64,000 nucleotides of DNA from Patescibacteria group bacterium (GCA_023474215.1 JAMCYI010000001.1:2836-66835), one strand, 5' to 3'. Numbered from the stretch's first letter, positions 1 through 9,070 are shown. Notes: generated by a model not told the origin, from the sequence alone. Translations and numbers: made by a program.

Positions 1-50
1 AAGGCGCGCGGGGGCAGGGCGAGAAAATCGTCGAGAACGTCAGGCGCGCC

Positions 51-605
51 GTGGAGGCGGAGAAGCTTCCGGGCGTCGCGGTCTCGATGCGTGAAGTCGA
101 AACGGAGAACGGCGAAAAGCGGCCATTCCTCTCGCTCGCCAACGGCAGGCTCAAGGGGTACGAGATGCTCGTCTCGGCCTCCGATTACGGCAACCGCCTC
201 GACGTCGGCTGGTATCTCGTCTTCGATTCTCCCTGGGCGCTCTTGAAGCGCCGAAGGGCGGCCGAGCAGCCGAAAAATCCGGAGAAGAGTCCCTCCATTT
301 CAGACTCGCTGATTTCGCTCGCGGGGCCGGGTGTGAAGATAGCTCAGGCGGTGGGGCGGGCGGGAGCCGCGTCGGCGGCGAAGGACAGAAAAGCGGATGA
401 AGAGGCGGCCTTCGCCATGGCGAGCGAAGGGCAGGGCTACCGCGATCCGGAAATGCTCACCATAGCCGAGAAGCGCGAGCTCCAGAATTACGTGGGCATC
501 GTGCACGGCATCCTGAAAAGCGAAGTGAAAGCGGCGATGGACGAACTCAAGCTCGATTTCTCCAAAGTGGACACAAAGTCGCAGGGATTCCTGAACGTCG
601 ACTGA
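51..605 (+). CDS. hypothetical protein (184 aa), first gene of 4-gene module; stop overlaps start of downstream ATPase (TGA 603-605 / ATG 607)
   Basis: ORF track; translational coupling with 607..1986; no recognisable motifs. Confidence 0.5.
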   Translation: MEAEKLPGVAVSMREVETENGEKRPFLSLANGRLKGYEMLVSASDYGNRLDVGWYLVFDSPWALLKRRRAAEQPKNPEKSPSISDSLISLAGPGVKIAQAVGRAGAASAAKDRKADEEAAFAMASEGQGYRDPEMLTIAEKRELQNYVGIVHGILKSEVKAAMDELKLDFSKVDTKSQGFLNVD

Positions 606-606
606 C

Positions 607-1986
607 ATGGACGAACCGCGCGTCTTCGGTGGCGAACCCTCGGAGGACATGCTCGCGCTCGGGTACGCCTGGGGCACGGACGAGAAGGGCGAGCTGTGGC
701 AGCTGAAAGCCGTCGCGCAGGAAGATCGCCTGCTCCATTTCCACGTGATCGGCGCTTCGGGCACTGGCAAGACGAAATTCCTAGAATACCTGATTGGGCA
801 GGACATCAAGAACGGATTCGGCTTCGGTGTGATCGATCCCCACGGCGACCTCATCAGGGACGTGAAAGAGTGGCTCGCCCTTGAGGATGGAGACCGCGGC
901 GAGCATGTTGTCCTCGTCGACCCCACCGACAAGAAGCGGACGGTCGCCTTCAATCCCCTCGAACTGGCTGACGGCACGGACGCGGCGCGGCAGGCACAGG
1001 AACTCGTCGTCGCCTTTAAAAAGATATACGAGGATTCGTGGGGGCAGCGGCTGGAAGGGATTTTGCGGAACACTTTGATCGCCCTCATCGAAAACCGCCT
1101 CACGCTCCTCGAACTACCCCTCTTCCTGAGGGACGCCGCGGTGCGCGCGAAGCTGCTCCGCAACGTGAAAAGCGAAACGTGCCGCGATTTCTTCGAAAAC
1201 GACTTCGAGAAATGGAGCGAGCGCACGAGGCCCGAATGGACCCAGTCGACGCTGAACAAGGTGGACGCGTTCCTCTCGGACAGCCGGATGCGGCAGATGT
1301 TCGCGCCGGCCAAGAGCTCGTTCAGCTTCAGGGATATCATGGACGGCAGGAAAATCCTGCTCGTGAACCTTTCTAAGGGAATCCTCGGCGAGGAGAGCAG
1401 CAAACTCCTGGGCTCCCTGCTCCTCGCGAAAATCCAGATGGCGGCCATGCAGCGGGCCGAAGTCAAGGAGGACGAACGGGTGCCTTTCTATTTATACATC
1501 GACGAGTTCCAGAACTTCGCCGAGGAGAGCTTCATGCGCATGCTGGACGAGACGAGAAAATACCGGCTCGCACTCACACTCGCCCACCAGCACCTGGAAC
1601 AGGTGTCGTTCAAACTCCGGCCGTCGCTCATGAACTGCGGGCTCCAGGCGTGCTTCCGCGTCGCCCCGGCGGACGCCGAGGTCCTCGCCAGAGGACTTTT
1701 CGCCGGATTGTACGCCAACATCAACGAGCGGGAGCAGTACGTCCAGCTCCTTCAATCGCTGGAGCCCCGCGCCTGCTTCGTGAGGAACAATGCAAGAGGC
1801 GGGATCATACAAATTTCCGTCCCTCCGCCTTTCAAGGGGCCGGAACGCGCCGGGCGGGAGGCGGACGATGACAGGATCGGCAGCCGCTACCTGCGGCGGC
1901 GCGAGGACATCGACAAGGAATACAGGGAAAGGCGCAGAACGCTCGTCGGTGGAGAGGACGAGGAGAATTTCTACGACTCTTTTTAA
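607..1986 (+). CDS. TrwB/TraD/VirD4-family (type IV coupling protein-like; FtsK/HerA superfamily) P-loop ATPase, soluble (no N-terminal TM)
   Basis: Walker A GASGTGKT followed by VIDPHGDL (cf. TrwB GATGTGKS...IVDPNGDM); Walker B YLYIDEFQNF; RKYRLALTLAHQ motif; paralog at 6804..8072. Confidence 0.7.
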   Translation: MDEPRVFGGEPSEDMLALGYAWGTDEKGELWQLKAVAQEDRLLHFHVIGASGTGKTKFLEYLIGQDIKNGFGFGVIDPHGDLIRDVKEWLALEDGDRGEHVVLVDPTDKKRTVAFNPLELADGTDAARQAQELVVAFKKIYEDSWGQRLEGILRNTLIALIENRLTLLELPLFLRDAAVRAKLLRNVKSETCRDFFENDFEKWSERTRPEWTQSTLNKVDAFLSDSRMRQMFAPAKSSFSFRDIMDGRKILLVNLSKGILGEESSKLLGSLLLAKIQMAAMQRAEVKEDERVPFYLYIDEFQNFAEESFMRMLDETRKYRLALTLAHQHLEQVSFKLRPSLMNCGLQACFRVAPADAEVLARGLFAGLYANINEREQYVQLLQSLEPRACFVRNNARGGIIQISVPPPFKGPERAGREADDDRIGSRYLRRREDIDKEYRERRRTLVGGEDEENFYDSF

Positions 1987-1989
1987 AAC

Positions 1990-2886
1990 ATGGGGATTGG
2001 TAAGGCGCATTTTATAAGGGAAGCCGAGGCGGCGCGCCGGAAGGCGCGCGAGGCGAAGGCGGAAGCCAAGACGGCGCGGCGGCAGTACGAGGAAACGGCC
2101 GCCGGACTCCAGCCGCGGATCGACGAACTGAGCCGCGAGGCGGACGAGCTGGCAGCGAAGTTTAAGCGGCTCTACGAAGAATCGCAGGAGCACTATGACG
2201 CGCGGGAAGGAGGCGCGGCGAAAGAATTAGCCGAGGAAGGCCACGAAGCGGAGGACCGTTGCCGTCGCCTGAACGCCGAAGCGAACGCTCTCCGGAGAGA
2301 GCTCAAGGGACTTTACGACAGATACGAAAACCTGAACAGGGAGGCGGCGCGGTTCGAGGAGGACGCCGAAACGGCCGAGGAGCAGGGGTGGCTCGTGCGG
2401 GAAACCGATGTGACGGGCTTCGGCGGGAGCGTCGCCAAGAGCAATTTCGCGGTCGAGGAATTCCTCGATACGTTCCCGCAGGGGTTGTTCCATAAGATAG
2501 AGCGCATCGAGTACCGCGCCGCGCACGAGGAGTACGAGAATGAAGGGGCGGAAGGGGTAACGAGCAGGCCGAACGAGTTCAGCCGCAAGAGGAAAATAAG
2601 AATATTCCCGCACGATGACGAGGCGCATTTCAAGAAAACCATAAGCCACGAAATAGGCCACGTCGCGTTTTACGAATTCCTGACATGGGAGGAAAAAGAC
2701 AGATGGGCGGCCCTGGCCAAAAAACTGGCGCTGGCCGGCAAGCGCATCAGTGGGTACGCTTGGAATTCCAACGAGCACTTCTGCGAATGTTTCTCCACGT
2801 TTAAAGTGGAGCCACAGGTACTAAAAAAATTCGACGAAGAGGTCTATACTTTTATGGAAGACACATTCAAATCATTGCCAAAATGA
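1990..2886 (+). CDS. coiled-coil protein with C-terminal zincin-like HExxH motif (putative metallopeptidase, SprT/WLM-like guess)
   Basis: N-terminal ~150 aa E/R/A-rich predicted coiled coil; SHEIGHVAFYEF HExxH motif with downstream NEHFCECF; ATG 4 nt after upstream stop. Confidence 0.5.
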   Translation: MGIGKAHFIREAEAARRKAREAKAEAKTARRQYEETAAGLQPRIDELSREADELAAKFKRLYEESQEHYDAREGGAAKELAEEGHEAEDRCRRLNAEANALRRELKGLYDRYENLNREAARFEEDAETAEEQGWLVRETDVTGFGGSVAKSNFAVEEFLDTFPQGLFHKIERIEYRAAHEEYENEGAEGVTSRPNEFSRKRKIRIFPHDDEAHFKKTISHEIGHVAFYEFLTWEEKDRWAALAKKLALAGKRISGYAWNSNEHFCECFSTFKVEPQVLKKFDEEVYTFMEDTFKSLPK

Positions 2887-3230
2887 AAAAACTGAAACTG
2901 TACGGGAAAAAAAGCGCATCGGACGAGATAGACCGCGAGAACGCCGTGGCGGTGATCTATGTTACCGGCAAGAAAGAGCTGATGGTTGAATCGGCGCATC
3001 CGGAGGTAAAGCGCGATATAGAAGAAGCCATTGTGGAGCTCATCAAAAAAGGCGGGCCGAAGGTAAGGCGGTGCGTTGAAAAAAATGGAGAAACAGTCAG
3101 AATCGCCACGCCACAGAAACTCGGCGATGCGGATTTTCTTGAAGCGCTGCGGGAAGAATATCCTTTCTGGTCAAGAGAGTTCAGCGGGTACGAGATAAAT
3201 CACTTGGTTTCAAGGGTGGCAGATGAATAG
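2883..3230 (+). CDS. hypothetical protein (115 aa), last gene of module (ATGA overlap with upstream gene)
   Basis: ORF track; 4-bp overlap coupling. Confidence 0.45.
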   Translation: MKKLKLYGKKSASDEIDRENAVAVIYVTGKKELMVESAHPEVKRDIEEAIVELIKKGGPKVRRCVEKNGETVRIATPQKLGDADFLEALREEYPFWSREFSGYEINHLVSRVADE

Positions 3231-3265
3231 AAGCCGCGGTTGCGGATTAAGAGCGCTTCTGCGTC

Positions 3266-4084
3266 TTACTGGCTCTTCGGCAGCACGACGTTCCCGAGGT
3301 CGATGTCGGCGTTGTCCATGGTGAACGACTTCTGCACCGTGCCGTAGCCGTCAGCCGAAAACTCGAACGTGTAGCTTCCGGCTGGAAATGATCCCAGACC
3401 GCCGTTTTGCAGAGCATTGGCCCAGAGAATGCCCATAGAACCGCAGAAGTCGCCGGCTCGCGAACTCGTTTTCAGGAACCACTCGTCCGAGATATTGCAG
3501 TTCACGGCACCCCACTTGATCCCGTCGAGCTTGGTGCCAACGGCGTTTACGACATTGACCCCGACACTGCCCCAGCGGGTGAAGACAATCTTTCCGAGAT
3601 CAATTCCTTGGGGCGGGAGATAAAATTTCTCCTCGACGGGGGTAAGCCCCGCAAGTCCTCCTTTCTCGGTATCGGGCACTTCCATCATGTACGTTCCGGG
3701 CGGGAGCGTCGTCGAAGGATCGCTCTCGCTCTTCGCCGTCATGGCGAGAACGCCGTCTTTTATCACGGCTCTCCCCGCATACTCGCCCAGAGAGTCGTAT
3801 ATCCGTACATCCGCGCCGTTATCCCACGGATCGGTGATGTCGTCATACGACTTGCCGTACTGGTCGACGACATACGCCGTGACCGTTCCCGGCTTGACCT
3901 GCGGAGCGACCACAGGTTTCGCGGCTGAGACGCTGCTTCCCGGTGCCGCCTGCTTCGGAACAATCGCGGATGGCTGGTTTCCGGCGGACTGGCTCGGGGC
4001 ACCGCTGAAGGGATGGGCGTAATAGACGGACGCGCCCGCGACCACCACGGCGACCGCTACGTAAAGAACTATTTTCGTTTTCAT
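3266..4084 (-). CDS. membrane-anchored/secreted hypothetical protein (272 aa)
   Basis: N-terminal hydrophobic helix MKTKIVLYVAVAVVVAGASVYY; G/S/T/P-rich extracellular region. Confidence 0.55.
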   Translation of the reverse strand: MKTKIVLYVAVAVVVAGASVYYAHPFSGAPSQSAGNQPSAIVPKQAAPGSSVSAAKPVVAPQVKPGTVTAYVVDQYGKSYDDITDPWDNGADVRIYDSLGEYAGRAVIKDGVLAMTAKSESDPSTTLPPGTYMMEVPDTEKGGLAGLTPVEEKFYLPPQGIDLGKIVFTRWGSVGVNVVNAVGTKLDGIKWGAVNCNISDEWFLKTSSRAGDFCGSMGILWANALQNGGLGSFPAGSYTFEFSADGYGTVQKSFTMDNADIDLGNVVLPKSQ

Positions 4085-4094
4085 ATATGTAGAA

Positions 4095-4505
4095 TTATTC
4101 CGACTTTTGCTTCTCCTCTTTCTCCTCCTCCTTTTTCGCCCTGTACGGAATCATAGCCGTGTTGATGCCCATCTTCGCCATCCTTCCCCCTCCGGAGAAA
4201 ATTAGGAAGACGAAGAGGTACTGGAGCAGGGCGTCGCCCAGCTTCTCGGCGTTTTGGCCGACGGCCGCGAGCAGTTCGACGCTGTTCGTCGCCCCGAAAC
4301 GGGCGCCGCTCTCCGTGGCTGCGCCCGGCGCGACGTTGATCTTCGCTTCGAGTATCGAGGGGATGTCGTTCCCGCGGAACACCTGATACCCGTACCAGAC
4401 GCCGAAGCCGACAACGACCGCTCCGGCCGCGATGAGGATCAGGCTCAAGATGGCGTAATATTTTTTCTCGTGTTTCATGTCATTGAGTGTTGCCGACGGT
4501 CTCAC
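4095..4505 (-). CDS. small membrane protein
   Basis: TM helix YYAILSLILIAAGAVVVGFGVWYGY; K/E-rich tail. Confidence 0.45.
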   Translation of the reverse strand: MRPSATLNDMKHEKKYYAILSLILIAAGAVVVGFGVWYGYQVFRGNDIPSILEAKINVAPGAATESGARFGATNSVELLAAVGQNAEKLGDALLQYLFVFLIFSGGGRMAKMGINTAMIPYRAKKEEEKEEKQKSE

Positions 4506-4683
4506 TGTTCAACTCCGAAAGGCACTTCTCGACTTCGCTCGCGGGAACGGTGAACGCGGCGTATGGCTTGTACTCCTTGAAAGCGCAGTCTTCGTAATTG
4601 GGCGCGGGAGCGCTTTTGAGAAAAAAGGCGACAGCGACGAGCGCAGCCACAGCTATCGCTATGAGCCAGATAAGGGATTTCAT
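4480..4683 (-). CDS. small secreted protein (67 aa, signal peptide)
   Basis: MKSLIWLIAIAVAALVAVAFF N-terminus; operon position. Confidence 0.35.
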   Translation of the reverse strand: MKSLIWLIAIAVAALVAVAFFLKSAPAPNYEDCAFKEYKPYAAFTVPASEVEKCLSELNSETVGNTQ

Positions 4684-4916
4684 GTTCTAGACTCCTCCTT
4701 TGTCCGCGCGAGCCGGTTGATCAGGAGGCACACCGCGAAGTACAGCCACAGGGCGTTCCAGAATATCGCGGGCGCTATGAATTTCCGCGGATTATCGGAC
4801 GACAGGAAAAAAATGAATACCCCAGCAATCAGAAAGACGGCGAACAGCACCCAGTACGTAATGTGACGCTTTTTGGAAAGCGGAACTCCGAAAACTAGAC
4901 GTAATACTTTGTTCAT
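4680..4916 (-). CDS. small membrane protein (2 TM)
   Basis: two hydrophobic helices; 4-bp overlap with downstream gene. Confidence 0.4.
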   Translation of the reverse strand: MNKVLRLVFGVPLSKKRHITYWVLFAVFLIAGVFIFFLSSDNPRKFIAPAIFWNALWLYFAVCLLINRLARTKEESRT

Positions 4917-5178
4917 GTGTTCCTAACAAATAAACCCGACCTTTTTCTCTGGCCGGGTTCGACAAACTGCTCTGTGTGAAAACACAAAGCTCCCAGCCAG
5001 TGATGCCTTGCGGCACCCATACAGGTTTCCCCGTATGACCAGTAACGGAGCTCTGACTAGGAGCTTTCTATTCGTTACTGGTTTTTTGAACCCTGCCGCA
5101 GGCTTCCCTACGGGTTAGGTCTCATGTTTAGTTGTATGGAGTCAATATTAACACACTGGACAAGGAGGGCAAGACAAC

Positions 5179-5207
5179 AAAACGGCTACCTAAATATAGC
5201 CGTTTTT
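5179..5207 (+). terminator. hairpin aaaacggcta-cctaaata-tagccgtttt followed by TGC; bidirectional-looking terminator
   Basis: perfect 10-bp stem with A/T tracts on both sides. Confidence 0.5.
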
Positions 5208-5385
5208 GCTTAAAACTCATCTCCTGCGGATGTATAGATAACCGACGAGCAGTCCTAACACAAAGCCGAGGAGGGAGAAATCTATCTTCTCCACGGTTAT
5301 AAAGGAACGCCTGATTCGCTGAAGCGACCAGGAATTCCTGATTGCACTTCAGCGACCTTTGGTTATTTATACAATGAAAACACGA

Positions 5386-6594
5386 TTATGTCAATTGCTG
5401 GAATATGCGACCCATCCTAACGGGGACCACTGCCCCATTCCTCCAAACGCGAAGAGTTACGGGGATATTATTGTTTTTGCGTAGAACGTCGATTAGATAT
5501 TTAAGGGAAAAATGCTGCTCATCAATAATATCCTCATTCACCCCGACAATGACATCCCCTGCTCTAAGTCCGAATTTCTCAGCGATTGATCCAGGTACAA
5601 CGGCGGGGTTTTTCTTGTTGTCCTGGAGGAGCGCACCATGGTCAATTGGTAAATTTCGCTCATTGGCGATACCCGCTGTCAGTGGAATATAGTGTATCCC
5701 GAGCTGTCGCTGGTGCAAATACTCTCTCTTCATCTCTCTAATCGCTTTAGACACTTCGTTCTTAGCTAGCTGTTTCTCGTACTTAGCTATCATCTGTTCC
5801 TCATCATACCCGAACATCTTATAAAACAATTCTTTGCATCCAAGTTTTATCCCTTCCCAAAATCCGACTTCCCGATAATATCCCCGGTGGTGTAACCGAT
5901 CGCCTATCTGTTTGAGAGACGTTTCTAGACGGTCTATAGACTCATCAATTAGTTCTTCTGAACGGTAAAAGGCAGTCCGTTCGTCGTATTCAACGTAGAT
6001 TTCTCTTTGCCATATCGTCTTATAAAGTTCACCTCTAATATTTTGACTCAGGTAGGAGTATCTTATTCGAAACGCCAAATCCTCGAGATGTTGAGACGAT
6101 TCCAGCGTTCTCCGGCCTCTCGACAGCTCAAGATATTCTTTCTCATCATCCGTAAGGGGATATTTCTTACGGAACAGTCCGTCTATTGGTCTACCGAGAT
6201 ACTTATAGTAAGAGCTGCGAGAGTTACCGAGCATTTTTTCCAATGGCTCAACGTAGCGATCAAAAAGGGTGTCTTCCTTGTCAACGTCCTCTCTGGAATC
6301 GTCGTCAAAAAACTCGGAGAGGCTAAGGAGCAAATCCATGACAGGATTGATAATCTCCCTAATAGTCTCCTTCCTTACCTCGCCTTTTTCTTGTAAATCC
6401 GCTGCAGCAGATTCCAATAGTTTCTTGTGTGCTTCTCTTAACTGCTGGATACCAGCGTTGACGATTTCGCTGTCTTTCTGCAGGAGGCGAACTTCGATGT
6501 CTCTTTTGGCGTTTCTCCAAACTACAATAACGCCGAGTACGCCAGCGAAAAATGCGATTACTATGTTAACGAGTAGGTTGAGTAAAGAACCCAC
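5386..6594 (-). CDS. membrane-anchored protein with C-terminal PDZ domain (402 aa), low-GC gene
   Basis: N-terminal TM LLVNIVIAFFAGVLGVIVVW; C-terminal GDVIVGVNEDII...VTLRVWRNG PDZ-like; AT-rich codon usage vs neighbours. Confidence 0.6.
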   Translation of the reverse strand: MGSLLNLLVNIVIAFFAGVLGVIVVWRNAKRDIEVRLLQKDSEIVNAGIQQLREAHKKLLESAAADLQEKGEVRKETIREIINPVMDLLLSLSEFFDDDSREDVDKEDTLFDRYVEPLEKMLGNSRSSYYKYLGRPIDGLFRKKYPLTDDEKEYLELSRGRRTLESSQHLEDLAFRIRYSYLSQNIRGELYKTIWQREIYVEYDERTAFYRSEELIDESIDRLETSLKQIGDRLHHRGYYREVGFWEGIKLGCKELFYKMFGYDEEQMIAKYEKQLAKNEVSKAIREMKREYLHQRQLGIHYIPLTAGIANERNLPIDHGALLQDNKKNPAVVPGSIAEKFGLRAGDVIVGVNEDIIDEQHFSLKYLIDVLRKNNNIPVTLRVWRNGAVVPVRMGRIFQQLT

Positions 6595-6778
6595 ATTCCT
6601 ATTGTATCACGCCTTCTTTGATTTTCTTCCTTGGAAAATGCTATCCTTCTCCTGTCATTACCCGGAATCTTCGGGCATCGCCCGGCTTTCCGGAGTGGGG
6701 CGTCGAGAGTCAACGCTTCGCTCTCCCCCGCGCGGCTTCTCTCAGGCCGCGCTGGGGATGGAATGAGCTGGTACAATG

Positions 6779-6803
6779 AAAGGGTCGTCAGCCCTTTTTT
6801 ATT
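6779..6803 (+). terminator. hairpin aaaggg-tcgtcag-cccttt plus T-run abutting TTG start of paralog ATPase; terminator/attenuator-like
   Basis: stem-loop followed by TTTTTTATTTT. Confidence 0.4.
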
Positions 6804-8072
6804 TTGGAAATCCTCTCCATCGGCAAAGCCGCCTCCCGCTCAGGAAGCGTCGAGTTCGGCATCAAATCTCCCGACCGGCGGCACCACATGTACCTCGTGG
6901 GCCAGACCGGCACCGGCAAGTCCACCTTCCTCAAGAATGCGGCGGTTCAAGACTTGCGGGCTGGGCGCGGCCTTGCGGTAATCGATCCTCATGGCGCGCT
7001 TGTCGAGGACATCCTGCGGTTCATTCCCAGGCGCCGGACGGGCGAGGTCGCGTATTTCAATCCGACTGACGCCGATCATCCCGTCGGCCTTAATATCCTC
7101 GAGGCGAGGAGCGAGAACGAGCGGAACCTGGTCGCCTCGTCCCTCATCTCGATTTTCAAATATCTCTGGAAGGACTTCTGGGGTCCTCGGCTGGAGCATG
7201 TTTTCCACAATGCAATCCTCGCCCTAATGGACACGCCGGATTCGACGCTCCTCAGCGTGTACCGGATGCTTGCCGACGACGCCTTCCGCGCGAAGGTCGT
7301 CGGGAGGGCGAAGGACCCGGTCGTGAGGTTCTTCTGGGAAGAGGATTTCGAGAAATATCCGGCGCGGTTCAAGAAGGAAGTGACGTCGCCGATCCAGAAC
7401 AAGATCGGGCAGCTCCTCACGAACAGCTGCATTCGGAACATCGTCGGGCAAGCCGAGAGCACGCTCGACCTGCGGTTCCTGATGGACAACCAGAGGATTC
7501 TCTTTGTAAATCTCGCCAAAGGCGTGATCGGCGAGGATAAGGCAAACCTCCTAGGATCGGTGCTCGTGACGAAACTGTACCTCGCGGCGCTCGAGAGGCA
7601 GACAGTGCCGGAGGACAAGCGCCGGGATTTCTACCTTTATATCGACGAATTCCAGAATTTTTCGACGGAAGCGTTTCCGTCGATGTTGTCCGAATCCCGC
7701 AAGTACCGGCTGAACCTGATTCTGGCGCACCAGTATCTCCGCCAGCTCCCGGAGAGCGTGCGCCACGCCGTCTTCGGGAACGTCGGGACGCTCTCCGCCT
7801 TCCGCGTCGGCGGGCTCGACGCAGAGGAGCTGGCCAAGGAATTCCAGCCGGACTTCGAGCGGGACGATCTCACCCATATCGAGAACTACCGCTTCTGCAC
7901 AAGGCTCATGATCGACGGCAAGCGGTCAAAGCCGTTCTCGGCTGAAACGCTCCCGCCTCCCCGCCTGCGGGGCGACGAGGCGGACGCCGAGACGGTCATA
8001 AGGATTTCTCAAGAGCGTTTTGCTTCAAAACGTGAAGACGTGGAACAAGCGGTCGAAAAATGGTTCGCCTGA
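6804..8072 (+). CDS. TrwB/TraD/VirD4-family P-loop ATPase, paralog of 607..1986 (apparent TTG start)
   Basis: GQTGTGKST...VIDPHGAL, YLYIDEFQNF, RKYRLNLILAHQ; roughly 40% identity to first copy by eye. Confidence 0.7.
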   Translation: MEILSIGKAASRSGSVEFGIKSPDRRHHMYLVGQTGTGKSTFLKNAAVQDLRAGRGLAVIDPHGALVEDILRFIPRRRTGEVAYFNPTDADHPVGLNILEARSENERNLVASSLISIFKYLWKDFWGPRLEHVFHNAILALMDTPDSTLLSVYRMLADDAFRAKVVGRAKDPVVRFFWEEDFEKYPARFKKEVTSPIQNKIGQLLTNSCIRNIVGQAESTLDLRFLMDNQRILFVNLAKGVIGEDKANLLGSVLVTKLYLAALERQTVPEDKRRDFYLYIDEFQNFSTEAFPSMLSESRKYRLNLILAHQYLRQLPESVRHAVFGNVGTLSAFRVGGLDAEELAKEFQPDFERDDLTHIENYRFCTRLMIDGKRSKPFSAETLPPPRLRGDEADAETVIRISQERFASKREDVEQAVEKWFA

Positions 8073-8418
8073 GGCGAATCCGTTTTTCGCGTCGCGATCT
8101 CGGCTGCGCGGCCTCGAGCTTTTTATTTTGCCTTCCCCCCACCGCGCGCAGCGAAAAGAGAAAAGCTCCGGCGAAGGAGAGCGGAGGCCCGAGGATGCCC
8201 CGAGCCCGAAGCGGAAGCGAGGGGTGAAGGGGCAATGAGGACATGTTGTCGGGGGCCGGAGCCGCAAGAACGGAGAGAAAATATTCCGTCGTTTGCGGGC
8301 GGATCCGCCTTCCGGAGGCAGTCGTTCCGGAACGACCCCTTGAACGACCCCTTTGCGAATCAGAAATTTCTGGTAAAATAGGTTCTGATACCGGCGCGTA
8401 AACTCACTAAACCAAAGG

Positions 8419-8446
8419 CCGGTGACTCTTGTCACCGGTTTTTGGT
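8419..8446 (+). terminator. rho-independent terminator ccggtgac-tctt-gtcaccgg + TTTTT
   Basis: perfect 8-bp GC stem and T-run; flanked by direct ggttctgat. Confidence 0.7.
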
Positions 8447-8632
8447 TCTGATGTTTTCAAGGAGAGGATAAGAACCTTTGAAAGGGGGTCGGGGAAGAGC
8501 GGAAGCGCTTCCCCGTGGAGGAATGAGTCCGCGAAAGCGGACGGACTCAAAACCGAGGGTTTTGAGGGAGCGAAGCGACAGGTTCCATATCCTTCCCTGC
8601 ACACACTTTGAAAAATCGGCCTTCTAAAACTC

Positions 8633-8660
8633 GACCAGCTCACTGCTGGTCTTGTTTTTT
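8633..8660 (+). terminator. terminator gaccagc-tcact-gctggtc + cTTGTTTTTT (overlaps copy 1 of 35-bp direct repeat)
   Basis: 7-bp stem + T-run. Confidence 0.6.
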
Positions 8661-8673
8661 GAAGATTCGAGCC
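8639..8673 (+). repeat. 35-bp exact direct repeat copy 1 (ctcactgctggtcttgttttttgaagattcgagcc)
   Basis: identical to 10314..10348. Confidence 0.9.
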
Positions 8674-9070
8674 AGGTCGACATTCAACCATAACCCTAGG
8701 CGATAAGAGCACTTCTAGGTGGTATAATAACAATGACTCAGGGGGGGTCAGTTTTGTTTATCGCGAAAACAAGATAGCTATGAAGTTACCAAAGAGGGTA
8801 GATGTAAAAAATTCAAAAGGTCGATATTATATTCTAACCTAACTCTCTTTTCACTACCATAAAGTGGGGGGGCGGCTAAGGTAAACATTATGAGTAAAGA
8901 AAACCCTCGAACGGAGCGGGAAAAGAAAAGAGCCCGTGAGGAAAAACAAATAAAAAAGACGGGGGACAAATTAAAGGCAAAGCGTCTCCAGCGGCATCAG
9001 CATCCGCTACCGCCACATTAAAGGTGTACATTGAAGAAATAAAAGCCGGATTAACTTGTTAACAAGTCAT

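Noticed and set aside
300-1466. 388-aa ORF on minus strand
   Set aside because: Antisense to the well-supported ATPase gene; Arg/Ser-rich low-complexity translation typical of GC-rich antisense frames
4935-4960. GGCCGGGTTCGACAAAC resembling tmRNA 5' GGnUUCGAC motif
   Set aside because: No matching tRNA-like 3' domain, tag reading frame (..ALAA-stop) or acceptor pairing found nearby; cannot support ssrA call
6776-7069. 97-aa ORF starting at an ATG inside the terminator hairpin
   Set aside because: Out of frame with and overlapping the conserved ATPase paralog; Arg-rich junk translation
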